Virus record (IMG/VR): IMGVR_UViG_3300033273_000513
Coordinates: 23,836-87,835 of that record
DNA length: 64,000 nucleotides
Direction: 5' to 3' (one strand)
From: a virus
The notes under the pieces were generated by a model. The model was not told where the DNA came from. It did no database searches and was given only the letters and a program-made list of their open reading frames with translations. Shown here piece by piece: positions 1-11,600 of the stretch (position 1 is the stretch's first letter; every line of letters starts with the position of its first letter). Position numbers and translations under genes: made by a program.

Positions 1-2
1 AG

Positions 3-146
3 AGTATGAAGAAGTGGCGTTGGACACTTGTAGAAGAGTGGAGAAATGGCGTCACCAAAACAGAACAACATTCTGGACAACAACCAATGTTGCGGGATGC
101 GATGGAAGATGTTGCGAACACCGTGGAGTATATCCTGAATAAATAA
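3..146 (+). CDS. 3' end of small conserved-type phage hypothetical protein (truncated by window)
   Basis: Frame 3 is open from the window start: SMKKWRWTLVEEW...AMEDVANTVEYILNK*. The stop overlaps the late promoter of the next gene. Confidence 0.65.
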   Translation, partial: SMKKWRWTLVEEWRNGVTKTEQHSGQQPMLRDAMEDVANTVEYILNK

Positions 147-167
147 CTAAAAAAGTGTAGCATAATG
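139..167 (+). promoter_or_regulatory. T4-type late promoter (ATAAATA) with A-rich leader
   Basis: ATAAATA at 139-145, then actaaaaaagtgtagcataATG. A near-identical leader is at 5668-5696. Confidence 0.75.
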
Positions 168-2117
168 GCTCTTACAAAGGTCACTGGACAAGTTGTAAAT
201 ACTAGCACTGACCTGACAGTTGGTGTTCTGACTGCGACAACTGCCACATTCACTGGGAATGTTTCGGTTGGTGGAACTTTAACATATGAGGATGTAACCA
301 ACGTAGACTCTGTTGGTTTGATTACTGCAAGAAATGGTATTAGTGTTACTGGTAGTAATATAAGTGTTGAGTCAAGTGAAGATAGACTTCTTTATCTGAA
401 GTCAACAGATGCAAACGCATATCTTACTTTTGAGGACACTGATAGTTCAAGTGGTTTCGCTAATAGAATTGGAAGCGTAAGTGATGGACTTTACTTCAGT
501 ACAGGTGGAGGTGGAGAAAGAGCTCGTATAGATTCGAGTGGTCGGTTGCTCCTTGGCACCACGACTGAAGGAAACTCTGGTGCTGATGATTTAACGATTG
601 CTACCAGTGGTAATACTGGGATAACAATTAGGAGTGGAACTTCAGATTATGGAAACATATATTATTCTGATGCAACTTCTGGTACTGGTGAATATGCTGG
701 ATATGTAAGTTATCAGCACTCTACGAATTCTCTACAGTTTGCAACCGCATCAACAGAAAGAGCTCGTATAGATTCAAGTGGTAATTTTGGCCTTGGAACG
801 ACAAGTGCTGGTGCGTTGTTACATATAGAAAGTAACAGTGCAGACGCAGCAAAACTACGTCTTGGTTTTGATTCCACAAGATACTACGATATTTTTCGAA
901 AAAGCTCTGACGGAAGCGGCGACCTATATTTTTATGGCTCTCAGTCAGGTTATAATGGATTTGTATTTGATACCGTAGATGGCGAGAGGATGCGAATCGA
1001 CAGCTCGGGCCGGTTGTTGGTGGGGACGACTAGCGCAACTAAAAACGCTGACAGATTATCTGGCAATGCTCTTGCACTCGTTGATGTTGGCGCTAGTAAC
1101 TATCCAAGCGTAGTTGTTACTGGATATGCAAATGCGAACGCAGATGCGGCGCCAATTATTGAAATGCAAAAAAGTCGTGGCGCTAGCGATGGCAGCATGA
1201 CTGTCGTTGCAAACAATGATCGACTAGGCAGTTTCAATTTTTTAGGATCAGACGGTACAAATTTCATCCGCGCTGCTGAAATTAAGGGGCAAGTAGACGG
1301 CACGCCTGGTACAAACGACATGCCAGGGCGGTTGGTGTTTGCCACCTCAGCGGACGGTTCTGCCAGCCCGACCGAGCGGATGAGGATCAATTCAAATGGT
1401 TTTACAAAATTTACAAATACTGGCTCTTATGTGCAAGGTGGAGAATTTTCTTACCATGAGTTTTTGCATAATATTAATGGTCTTGGCCTTGTTTTAACGT
1501 GCACAAATGCAAGTTATACTTCTGACGTTCTTTATGTGCAAGCCTCAAGAACTGGATCTAGCGCATACAATTTAGCTACTTTTAGATCAAATCTTGGTGC
1601 TGATATTGAATTCAAATTACGCGGTGATGGTAATGCCTATGCAGACGGTTCTTGGAACGGCGGTGGTGCTGACTACGCTGAATTCTTTGAATGGTCTGAT
1701 GGCAACGCAAACGCAGAAGATCGCCGTGGTATCAGTGTTGTTTTAGACGGCGACAAGATCCGCGAGGCTGTTACTGGTGAAGAACCCATCGGCGTTATTT
1801 CTGGTAATCCCAGTGTTGTCGGTGACGCAGATATTGACCGTTGGAAGGGCAAATATCTCCGTGATGACTACGGCACCTACATTCAAGAGGACTACGAGGT
1901 TGAGGATGATGATGGAAACACTATCGTTCAACAACGCCGCAAACTCAATCCTGACCACAACCCTGACCTTGAATACATTCCCCGCGAAAATCGCCCAGAA
2001 TGGGATTGTGTTGGTCTAATGGGTAAAATTCGCATCCGTAAAGGTCAGATCACTGGTTCACGTTGGATCAAGATGCGGGATGTCAGCGACACTGTTGAAG
2101 AGTGGTTGGTCCGCTAG
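165..2117 (+). CDS. Tail fibre/adhesin with C-terminal intramolecular chaperone (Peptidase_G2-like) domain
   Basis: G/S/T-rich; TLTYEDVTNVDSVGLITAR motif; four ERxRI(D/N)SxG linkers. C-terminus GGADYAEFFEW...PIGVIS...EWDCVGLMGK is typical of autocleaving chaperone domains. Confidence 0.8.
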   Translation: MALTKVTGQVVNTSTDLTVGVLTATTATFTGNVSVGGTLTYEDVTNVDSVGLITARNGISVTGSNISVESSEDRLLYLKSTDANAYLTFEDTDSSSGFANRIGSVSDGLYFSTGGGGERARIDSSGRLLLGTTTEGNSGADDLTIATSGNTGITIRSGTSDYGNIYYSDATSGTGEYAGYVSYQHSTNSLQFATASTERARIDSSGNFGLGTTSAGALLHIESNSADAAKLRLGFDSTRYYDIFRKSSDGSGDLYFYGSQSGYNGFVFDTVDGERMRIDSSGRLLVGTTSATKNADRLSGNALALVDVGASNYPSVVVTGYANANADAAPIIEMQKSRGASDGSMTVVANNDRLGSFNFLGSDGTNFIRAAEIKGQVDGTPGTNDMPGRLVFATSADGSASPTERMRINSNGFTKFTNTGSYVQGGEFSYHEFLHNINGLGLVLTCTNASYTSDVLYVQASRTGSSAYNLATFRSNLGADIEFKLRGDGNAYADGSWNGGGADYAEFFEWSDGNANAEDRRGISVVLDGDKIREAVTGEEPIGVISGNPSVVGDADIDRWKGKYLRDDYGTYIQEDYEVEDDDGNTIVQQRRKLNPDHNPDLEYIPRENRPEWDCVGLMGKIRIRKGQITGSRWIKMRDVSDTVEEWLVR

Positions 2118-2121
2118 GTTG

Positions 2122-2128
2122 ATAAATA
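2122..2128 (+). promoter_or_regulatory. Late promoter ATAAATA
   Basis: gATAAATAactaaaaaa about 20 nt upstream of ATG 2148. Confidence 0.75.
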
Positions 2129-2147
2129 ACTAAAAAACTGTAGTAAG

Positions 2148-5100
2148 ATGCCATACATTGGACAGCCACCCGTATCAGGTGACACTACGAAGAGTTTTAG
2201 ATTACTTGATAATCTAGCCTCTTTCACTTTAACATTCGATGCTACGAGTAGTAGTGTTGTTGACACAACAGCGAACACTCTGACGTTTGCAAATCATAGA
2301 TTCGTAACTGCACAGAGAGTTACTTATACTGATGGAGGTGGAACTGCAATCGGTGGATTGACCGATGGAACGGCATATTTCGTTATCAAGGTTGATCAGA
2401 ACACGATTCAACTCGCTTCGAGTGCATCGAACGCAAACAATAGTACAGCTATCAGTCTGTCTTCTGGTGCAGCAGGTGGATCGCACACACTGAATCTTGC
2501 ATTTGACGGCACAAACACTAAGTTCAAAGCCACCTACGGAAACGGAACCAAAGCAAAGATCAGTCGTGCTGGTCAACTTCTGATTTCTATCAATGGTGTT
2601 CTTCAACAAGCACAAGAATCTTCTACACCAACGTTAGGTTTTGGTCTGGATTCTGACTCTACGATTGTATTCAGTCAAGCTCCTGTATCGACTGATGTTC
2701 TGTTTGGTCAGATTCTTGCTGACACCATTACAAACTTTGACACACAAGATAACACTCTTGATGTCTTCACAGGTGACGGTAGCACCACAACATTCAATCT
2801 TTCCAAGAAACCTGCAAGTAATAACGATATTCTGGTCACTCTGGACGGTGTTGTTCAGTATCCAACCACAACTTCTACGTCTAATGCATACAGTGTCACT
2901 GAAAGTACACTGACATTTACTGCTGCACCTGCTGATGGTGTAGCTATTCAAGTTCGTCATATTGGTTTTGCTGGTGCAACATCGAGTGCTGTCACTGGAC
3001 TGTATGGTAGAACTGGTAATGTAACTCTGAGTAGTTCTGATGATGATATTACAGTCGGTAATGTCACCGCAGGTATCATCACCGCAACTTCTTATGGTTC
3101 TATCAGTGGTACGACTGCATCATTCAGTGGTAACGTATCTATTGGTGGCACATTAACTTACGAAGATGTAACTAATATTGATTCGGTAGGTCTGATTACG
3201 GCAAGAAATGGAATCAAGGTTGATGATTTAGGTGTTCAGGTAGGAACTGGTGCGACTGTAGATAGTGCTGCTGCCAATACTCTAACTTTCTTGACGAATG
3301 GTAGTGAAAGACTTCGTATTGACGGATCAGGCAACTTTGGAATTGCAGAAAGCAGCCCATCGACCCATTCAGCTGGAAGTGGGATACCAACTCTTGTCTT
3401 AAAAGGCAACAATGCAAGCTTTACAGATAGAAGTGGCGCTGTTGCTTTTGTCAGTCAAGACGACGGAAGTACCTCAAGAACGTGGATGTACCACGACACG
3501 GATTTTAACATTCAAAGCACTACAGCAACAAATATCAAGGTTCACACAAACAATACCGAGCGTCTACGCATTGACAGTTCAGGTCGATTGCTCCTGGGCA
3601 CGACGACTGAAGGTCACACTAATGCGGACAACTTTACGCTTTCAGATAGCGGCAGTTGCGGATTGTCGATAAGAAGTGGCACGAGTAATTTTGGTAGAAT
3701 TTATTTCTCAGATGGTACTAGCGGAGACGATGAGTATCGAGGAATTATTCAATACGACCACAGCAATAATCGAATGCAGTTTGCGGCTAATGCCTCAACT
3801 ACAATGACTATTGACAGCTCAGGCCGTATAGGAATGGGCAACGACTCTCCTGGAAGTTACAGTGCCGTTGCTGATGATCTAGTTGTTGGTAATCATAGTG
3901 GTGCTCACGGAATTACTATTGCCGCTGAAAATAACAATACAGCATATTTGAGATTTGCTGACGGAACTGCTAACTCCGGCCAACAAGCAAATGGACAAAT
4001 TGCATATAGTCATGCAGATCTCTCGATGAGATTTAATGTCGATGCATCAGAACGGATGCGTATCGACAGCTCGGGCAATCTTGGCATTGGCGAATCGTCT
4101 CCAGACACAACTCTGCATATTGATAGTGGAAGCACACCAACCACACTCAAAATTTCTTCAAACACTGAATCTTCTATTGATTTTGAAGATAAGGGGGGCA
4201 GCGCAAATCGATACAAGATTGGCACAAACATAAGCAGCAATGACGGTCAGTTTGAGTTAAAAGATATGACCGCAAATGCTGAGCGGCTGCGTATCGACAG
4301 CTCTGGGAATGTTGGACTCGGAAGAAATAGTGCCTCTAGTCGGTTACATATAGCAACATCAGTTGCAAACGCTTCTTCACCAGTTGGGATGCAGATTGGC
4401 AATGATGGAAGCGGATCAGGAACAGGAGCCAGTATTAGTCTTGGTGCTGGCAACGCAGCAGCAAGCACTGCCGGGAATATAGCCGGGTTTTACGATGGCA
4501 CAGGAACGGCACTATCTTTTAACACTTCTAGTAGCTACGGGGTTAGTGTGTATTCCGAGCGGATGCGCATCGACAGCTCTGGCCGGTTGTTGGTTGGTCA
4601 TACTTCTGCCCGCACGAACTTTATTACAACAACGCTTCAATCACAAATTGCAGTTGAAGGCGGTTATACGCCGTATATTTCAGCAACCAAAAGTACAAAC
4701 GATCCGTATGAACCATACTTTCTTTTAGCTAAAACAAGAGGTTCGGTTGGCGGTAACACTATTGTCCAAAACAATGACGGTTTGGGCACTATCATGTTCC
4801 ACGGAGCTGACGGTTCAACCCTACGACAAGGTGCATATATTGCAGCGTATGTAGACGGCACCCCTGGCGCTGACGACATGCCGGGACGCTTAGTGTTCGC
4901 CACTACTGCCGACGGTTCGGGCGCTGCGACCGAGCGGATGCGCATTCAGAATGATGGTTTATGCAGAGCTTATTCAAACGGCGATGGCTTTATTGCGGCA
5001 TCAAATCAATCAGCTGGTACAGCATTTGCGACACTCGTTGGGCGTCATAGCGCAACATCCACAACAACTGGTACCAACAGCTTTCTTGTTTATACCAATG

Positions 5101-5456
5101 GCAACGTCGTAAATACCAACAACTCTTATGGCGCTATTTCCGACGCTAAGTTAAAAGAAAACATTGTTGATGCCACTTCTCAGTGGGATGACTTAAAGGC
5201 ATTTCGGATTCGTAAATACAATTTTATTGATGGAGAAACCCACACACAGCTTGGCGTTATTGCACAAGAGATTGAGACCGTATCGCCTGGTCTTGTCTAT
5301 GAGACGACTGACCGTGACAACGAGGGCAATGACCTTGGAACAGTTACCAAGAGCGTCAATTACTCCGTGCTTTATATGAAGGCTGTTAAAGCACTTCAGG
5401 AAGCACAAACTAGGATTGAATCACTTGAAGCAAGATTGGATGCGGGTGGTCTTTGA
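2148..5456 (+). CDS. Long tail fibre with C-terminal Peptidase_S74-like intramolecular chaperone
   Basis: MPYIG N-terminus; seven ERxRIDSSG-type linkers; C-terminal ISDAKLKENI...LGVIAQEIE...VKALQE coiled coil. Confidence 0.85.
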   Translation: MPYIGQPPVSGDTTKSFRLLDNLASFTLTFDATSSSVVDTTANTLTFANHRFVTAQRVTYTDGGGTAIGGLTDGTAYFVIKVDQNTIQLASSASNANNSTAISLSSGAAGGSHTLNLAFDGTNTKFKATYGNGTKAKISRAGQLLISINGVLQQAQESSTPTLGFGLDSDSTIVFSQAPVSTDVLFGQILADTITNFDTQDNTLDVFTGDGSTTTFNLSKKPASNNDILVTLDGVVQYPTTTSTSNAYSVTESTLTFTAAPADGVAIQVRHIGFAGATSSAVTGLYGRTGNVTLSSSDDDITVGNVTAGIITATSYGSISGTTASFSGNVSIGGTLTYEDVTNIDSVGLITARNGIKVDDLGVQVGTGATVDSAAANTLTFLTNGSERLRIDGSGNFGIAESSPSTHSAGSGIPTLVLKGNNASFTDRSGAVAFVSQDDGSTSRTWMYHDTDFNIQSTTATNIKVHTNNTERLRIDSSGRLLLGTTTEGHTNADNFTLSDSGSCGLSIRSGTSNFGRIYFSDGTSGDDEYRGIIQYDHSNNRMQFAANASTTMTIDSSGRIGMGNDSPGSYSAVADDLVVGNHSGAHGITIAAENNNTAYLRFADGTANSGQQANGQIAYSHADLSMRFNVDASERMRIDSSGNLGIGESSPDTTLHIDSGSTPTTLKISSNTESSIDFEDKGGSANRYKIGTNISSNDGQFELKDMTANAERLRIDSSGNVGLGRNSASSRLHIATSVANASSPVGMQIGNDGSGSGTGASISLGAGNAAASTAGNIAGFYDGTGTALSFNTSSSYGVSVYSERMRIDSSGRLLVGHTSARTNFITTTLQSQIAVEGGYTPYISATKSTNDPYEPYFLLAKTRGSVGGNTIVQNNDGLGTIMFHGADGSTLRQGAYIAAYVDGTPGADDMPGRLVFATTADGSGAATERMRIQNDGLCRAYSNGDGFIAASNQSAGTAFATLVGRHSATSTTTGTNSFLVYTNGNVVNTNNSYGAISDAKLKENIVDATSQWDDLKAFRIRKYNFIDGETHTQLGVIAQEIETVSPGLVYETTDRDNEGNDLGTVTKSVNYSVLYMKAVKALQEAQTRIESLEARLDAGGL

Positions 5457-5462
5457 TAAATA
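5456..5462 (+). promoter_or_regulatory. Late promoter ATAAATA overlapping stop codon
   Basis: tgATAAATAactaaaaa before ATG 5477. Confidence 0.7.
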
Positions 5463-5476
5463 ACTAAAAACCAGAC

Positions 5477-5671
5477 ATGGCTAACTATCATATCAAGAAG
5501 TCATCTGTTCTCTTAGTAGGCACAGATGTATATTATGTTGGGGGTAATAGATGGTCTGACGATTTTGCAGACAGAAAAATCTTTACCAGTGAAACCACCG
5601 CACAAAACACCATCTCTAACACGGATGGAACAAACGGAGGATTCTCTGGCGCAAGTGTAGTTAGCGAATAA
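5477..5671 (+). CDS. Small late hypothetical protein
   Basis: 64-aa ORF with its own late promoter, filling the gap between structural genes. Confidence 0.75.
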   Translation: MANYHIKKSSVLLVGTDVYYVGGNRWSDDFADRKIFTSETTAQNTISNTDGTNGGFSGASVVSE

Positions 5672-5674
5672 ATA
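5668..5674 (+). promoter_or_regulatory. Late promoter ATAAATA
   Basis: Overlaps the previous stop. Leader aaaaaagtgtagcataATG matches that of gene 165. Confidence 0.75.
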
Positions 5675-5693
5675 ATCAAAAAAGTGTAGCATA

Positions 5694-8600
5694 ATGCCTC
5701 TCTCAAGACTAGAGAACTTTCTCAAGAATATTCAGGGCAATGTTATCTACGTTGATCCAAACGAATTGGATGCAACTGACAGCATTGAGAACCAGGGCAA
5801 TTCTCAGACCAGACCATTTAAGACGATCCAGAGAGCTCTTATTGAGGCTGCTAGATTTTCTTATGTTGCTGGACAGAGAAACGATAAGTTTGATCAAACG
5901 ACGATCATTCTTGCTGCTGGTACGCACGTAGTTGATAATAGACCTGGATATATCCCGTATGATTCAAGTAATCAGGCAAAATATTACACGAGATTTGGTC
6001 AAGCAAACCAGACTCTGAGTCCTTTTGGTCTTGGTAGTAATTTCGATCTGACATCACCAGACAACGAACTCTATAAACTTAATAGTGTTCGTGGTGGTGT
6101 TATCATCCCTAGAGGCACGTCTATCGTAGGCAAAGACCTACGTAAGACAAAGATTCGTCCAAAATATGTTCCAGATCCAGAAAATAATGCAATTGAAACG
6201 TCTGCAATCTTCAGACTGACAGGTGCATGTTATATTTCTCAGTTCACTATCTTTGATGGTGATCCATCTGGTAACGTTTATAAAGATTATACAAGTAACT
6301 TATATACTCCAAACTTCTCTCACCACAGACTGACCTGTTTTGAGTATGTTGATGGTGCGAATGCTGTTACGATTAATGACAGTTTCCTGAACATCAGTTC
6401 GACATCAACTGACCTTGATATGTATTATCAAAAGGTCGGTGATGTTTATGATGTTGGTACTGGTAGACCGATTGAACCAGATTTCCCATCAGGTTCTCTG
6501 GATTTCCAGACAAGAGTCGAAGAATATCGTATTGTTGGTTCCAAAGGTCAACAGGTCGGTATCTCCTCTATTAAAGCTGGAACGGGTGCAGTATCCTCAA
6601 CCACAATTACGGTTGATCTGGACGGTTCTCTGACTGATCTGTCTATCGATACACCAGTTCGTATCTCTGGTGTTGGAACTGCTGGATATAATGGTATTCA
6701 CGTTGTATCTGAAGTTGTATCTTCAACTCAGTTTAAGTACGTTGTACCATCTGCACCAAACAATCCTCTGCCTACACTGACGAGTGCAGACGTAAACATC
6801 GAGATTGATACAATCAACTCTGCGTCTCCTTATCTCTTCAACCTGTCGAAGAGATCTGTCTTTGGTATGAATGGTATTCACCTGGATGGTTCTAAGGTCA
6901 CTGGATTCAAGAGTGGTCTGTTAGCACAATTCACAGGTAACGCACTTCAGAAAGACGACAAAGCTTTTGTTCGTTATAACACAACCTCTGGACAATACGA
7001 GGACTACACTGCTGTAGATAACCTGCACCTGGATCCTGAGGCGATCTATCGTCCAGAATATAAGTCTTCGCACGTCAAAGTGTCGAATGACTCTATTATG
7101 CAGGCGGTGTCTGTCTTTGCAATCGGACACAACAACCAGTATGTTGCTGAAAGTGGTGGTGAACTGTCACTCGCCAACTGTAATGCAAACTTCGGTGAAA
7201 ATGCCCTGATGTCTGAGGGCTTCAAGAAGACTGCATTCGGTCCTGATAATGCCGCATACATCACTCACATCATTCCACCAAAAGAGATCACTGATGATGA
7301 GACTAACGTTGATTATCTGTCGATTGATGTAGATAAGACAATTGATGTCGGAACAAATACGAGACTTTACTTCGAAGGATATACTAATCAGGATGCACCA
7401 CCTCCACACATTCTGGATGGTTTCCGTGTTGGTTCTAATTTCAATGATAGACTGAGAGTACAACTGAACATCAATGGAAACGAAGGTGACTTTGTTTCTA
7501 AGATTGTAATGCCAACTGCAACTGGTATCACGACTGATACTGGTGCAAAATCTTATGTTGTTGGTAATGCAGTCGGTGTTAGCAGCATTAGTTCGAATCT
7601 TCTGACTCTGAAGTCCAATCATAAACTGATTGATGGTGAGTCGATTCGTATCACTGCGGACAATGGTTTCTTACCTGATGGTCTGGAAGAGAATCAAATT
7701 TATTATGCAATCGTCAGTAGTCTTGATGCTAACACAATCAAGGTTGCAAGAACTCTGAATGATGCTCTGGACGGAACAGCTCTGACCATCAACAACACTG
7801 GTGGAGAACTGAGTGTTGTCAGTAGAGTTTCTGATAAGAAGTCTGGTGATATTGGTCACCCAGTTCAGTTTGATACTACCAATAAGAATTGGTATATCAA
7901 TGTCTCTAATATCACTGTTGATAACGAAATCTATCCAACTCTTGTTGGTGTTGGAACAACAGCTTTAGGACCAAATACACCTAAGACATACTTCACAAGA
8001 AAAGGTAACTCCAGAAATCTTGATGATTCAATCTATCGTGTAAGATATGTCATCCCTGCAGGTATCACGACTGCAAGACCTCCCATTGAAGGTTATGTTC
8101 TGCAAGAAACCAGTGATACAACTGGTGCAAATGACAGTGAAATCACCACAACATCTCTGACTAATATTGATGACCAAAGAAACTTCCACTTCCTGAGCGA
8201 AGCTTCCTGGAGCAGCAATGTTGCGACAATAATGTCTGAAGAACCACACCATCTGACTGTTGGTTCTGTTGTAAATGTAAACAAGATTACATCATCCAAC
8301 AACACAACTGGTGTTGGTAATTCTGGTTTCAACGGCCGTTTTGCTGTTACAGGTATTACGAGTGATAGAGGTTTCCAATATGCACTGACCAGTAATCCTG
8401 GAACTTCAACACTGAGTAATCAAACTCGTACTGTTGATGACCTGCCAAACTTTGAGAAGAATGAATATTCCAAGTCCTTCTACATCTATAATGTAGAGGA
8501 AGTTAAAGAACACATCACGGGTGAACAGGATGGTGTTTATCACCTGACTTGTCTGCACTATGATGCATCTCCAACAGTAACACCATTTACTGGATTCAAG

Positions 8601-11600
8601 TTCTCTCAACCAGTCAAGGATCTGTATCCTCAGGTTGATAGAGATAACCCAGTATCTGACCCAATTGCTGCACTCAGCCATGCTGAATCTAAACCAATTG
8701 GTAAGGTTGTATCGAGTGATGTCAGAGACAGTATCACCAAAGACTTTGCGAATAAGTTCCTGTTAGAGAACGGTGTCAGTGTTGGTATCACTAGTATTGT
8801 ATCTGATAATGGTGCTGGACTTGCACACACTGCATACCTGACTGTTGAACACCAACTGAATTCGATTGTATCTGTTGGTATTGCATCTTCTGGTATCGGT
8901 TATGGATCTGGTTCTGCAACCACCTTATATGGTGCAAAACTGATTGGTGTTGGTATTGGTAGCACTTCAGGTGGTGGAGCACTTGCTAACATCACTGTTG
9001 ACGCAGTTGGTGGTATCACTGGAGTCACGATCATCAACGGTGGTGGTGCATATGGTATCGGTAATTCCCTGGAAGTTGTTGGTGTCACCACAGCTGCAGG
9101 ACACATTGTTGGTATGGTAACAGTCACTAATGTCTATAATGGCATTGGTGAAGTCATTCAGATTGCAGGTATTCGTTCGGACACAAACAGCAAACTGAAT
9201 GATACATTTAGAGTCACTGCAACACCTGATGCAAGAAGTGTTTCGTTTGCATCGACTGATGTTATTGACTTTGGTAGAAGTCTTGGTGGTGGTAGCAATA
9301 ACATTGTAGTTGGTTCTGCAATGTCCAATGCTACAATGTCGTTCATTGGGCCTTCGATTGGTGTCACTGCTATCAGTTATGATGTTACGACAGGTATTGC
9401 AACGGTTGGAACAGGTAACACCGCACACGGATTCCTCACTGGTTCTAAGATCAAACTGATTGGAGCTGGACAGACAACTTATAAGGGTACATTTACAGTT
9501 CAAGAGAATGTTGGACTGTCTACCTTTACAGTCAATCTGGGTGTATCAACAGTCACTGCTCCAACTCTGAGTGGTGAAGTCTTTGCATTACCTGGTGGTT
9601 ATTCATCTAACGATGGTGCAATCACCGAGGATGATGAGAAAGTTGGTAGCAGAATGAACAGCATGTATGCTGGCATCACTACCACAATGTCTGCTGGTAT
9701 TACATCTACATCCTCTTCGATCAGCATCACCAATGCAACTGCAAGTGGTCTGAACATCGGTGATTACATCATGGTCGGAAACGAGATGATGAGAATCAAG
9801 AATACATCCATCAACTCTGTATTCAGAGGTGTATTTGGTACAGAATCTATCAACCATCCATCTGGAACTGTTATTAAGAAAGTTCGTGTTGTTCCTGTTG
9901 AACTGAGAAGAGGTTCTCTGATTCGTGCTGCAAACCAGACATTTGAGTATGTTGGTTTCGGTCAAGGTAACTATTCAGTCTCTCTGCCAGAGAAACAAAC
10001 CAAGGTTCTGTCCACTGAAGATAGAAAGCTTGGACAGACTCAGAGGAGAAATGGTGGTCAGAACTACTACACTGGTCTGAATGATGTGGGTGAATACTTC
10101 GTTGGTAATAAAGTTATCAAGGGCACCACTGGTGAGGAAGAAGTCTTTGACGCACCAATTCCTACAGTCACTGGTGAAACCGCCGTTGATACAACTTATA
10201 TAGATAGTCTGAAAGTATCTGGTGGTACAGATGGTGATGCACTGTCTAAGTTTGATGGACCCACACTGTTCACCAATAAAGTTACATCAACATCTGAAGA
10301 GGGTATCGAAGCTAATTCGATTCAGTTACAGGGTGATGCTAAGTCTGCAAGAAAGATCACCGTTGGTATTTCCACTCCTGTCGTTGGTGGTTCTGCTGGT
10401 GACATTACATTTAGTGCCAAACCATCTCAAGGTGGTTATGCTGGTTGGGTTTACACATCCGATAATGTATGGAGAAGATTCGGTCTCGTATCTAATGATG
10501 TAAACTCTAATAACTATAGTGTTGATAAACTGGGTATTGGCACCACGAGTGCAAATACTGTCCTGGATGTTCTGGGTGATGTCAATGTATCTGGAACTCT
10601 GACTGCAACAACCTTCGGTAATATCAACACTGGTATCATCACCGCCACGAGTTTCGTTGGTGATGGTTCTCAAATCACTGGTGTAATTGGTATTGGTTCT
10701 GGATTCGTCATTCAGAACAATGGAACCACGTTGGGTATGGCTGCAACAGTCAACTTCAACTCCAATCTGACTGCTGAATACAGCACGGGTATTGCAACAA
10801 TCTCCAGTCCTGATACAAACTACTGGAGTAATACTAACGCAGGTATCAACACTACTGCGAGTGTTGGCATCGGCACCACCAATCCAACCACAGCTCTGAC
10901 AGTATCTGGTATTGTTTCTGCCACCACATTTGCAGGTAACATCACTGGTACTGGTGCTACGTTCACTACATCCACGATCACAACTGCAACGGTTGGTTCT
11001 GCTGTTACAATCACAGAATCTGGTATCAACGCTGCAGCTGGTGTTGTTACTGCTACGAGTTTCGTTGGTGATCTCACTGGTAATGCAGATACTGCAACCA
11101 CTGCAACCACCGCTGGTTATGCAAGCACAGCTGGTATCGCAACTGTTGCACAAGGATTGACAGGAACTCCTGCAATCGCAGTTGGTATTCTTACATCCAC
11201 CGAAGCTAGAATTGGTAGTGCAGTTACGATTAGTGAGTCTGGTATCAGTATTCACTCTGGTATTGTCACTGCTACAAGTTTCGTTGGTGATGGTTCTGCT
11301 CTGACTGGAATTGGTAACACTGCTGATGTCAGAACCAGCACATTGACTGTTATCGGTGTATCGACTATCGGTGCAGGTGCTACATTTACGATCGGTGCAG
11401 GTGCTGGAAACGGTATTGAATTCCTCAATGGTAGTAGTTCTAAGATCAGACTTTCGACTGATGACGGAGCTACATCACCAAGACTGTTCCTGGGTGCAGT
11501 ATCATCGAACACTGGTGCAAAACTTCAGGTAAATGCAAGTACTGGTGCTCTGAACATTGATGCTGATAACAACATCAACATCAGAACTGCAACAAACGAA

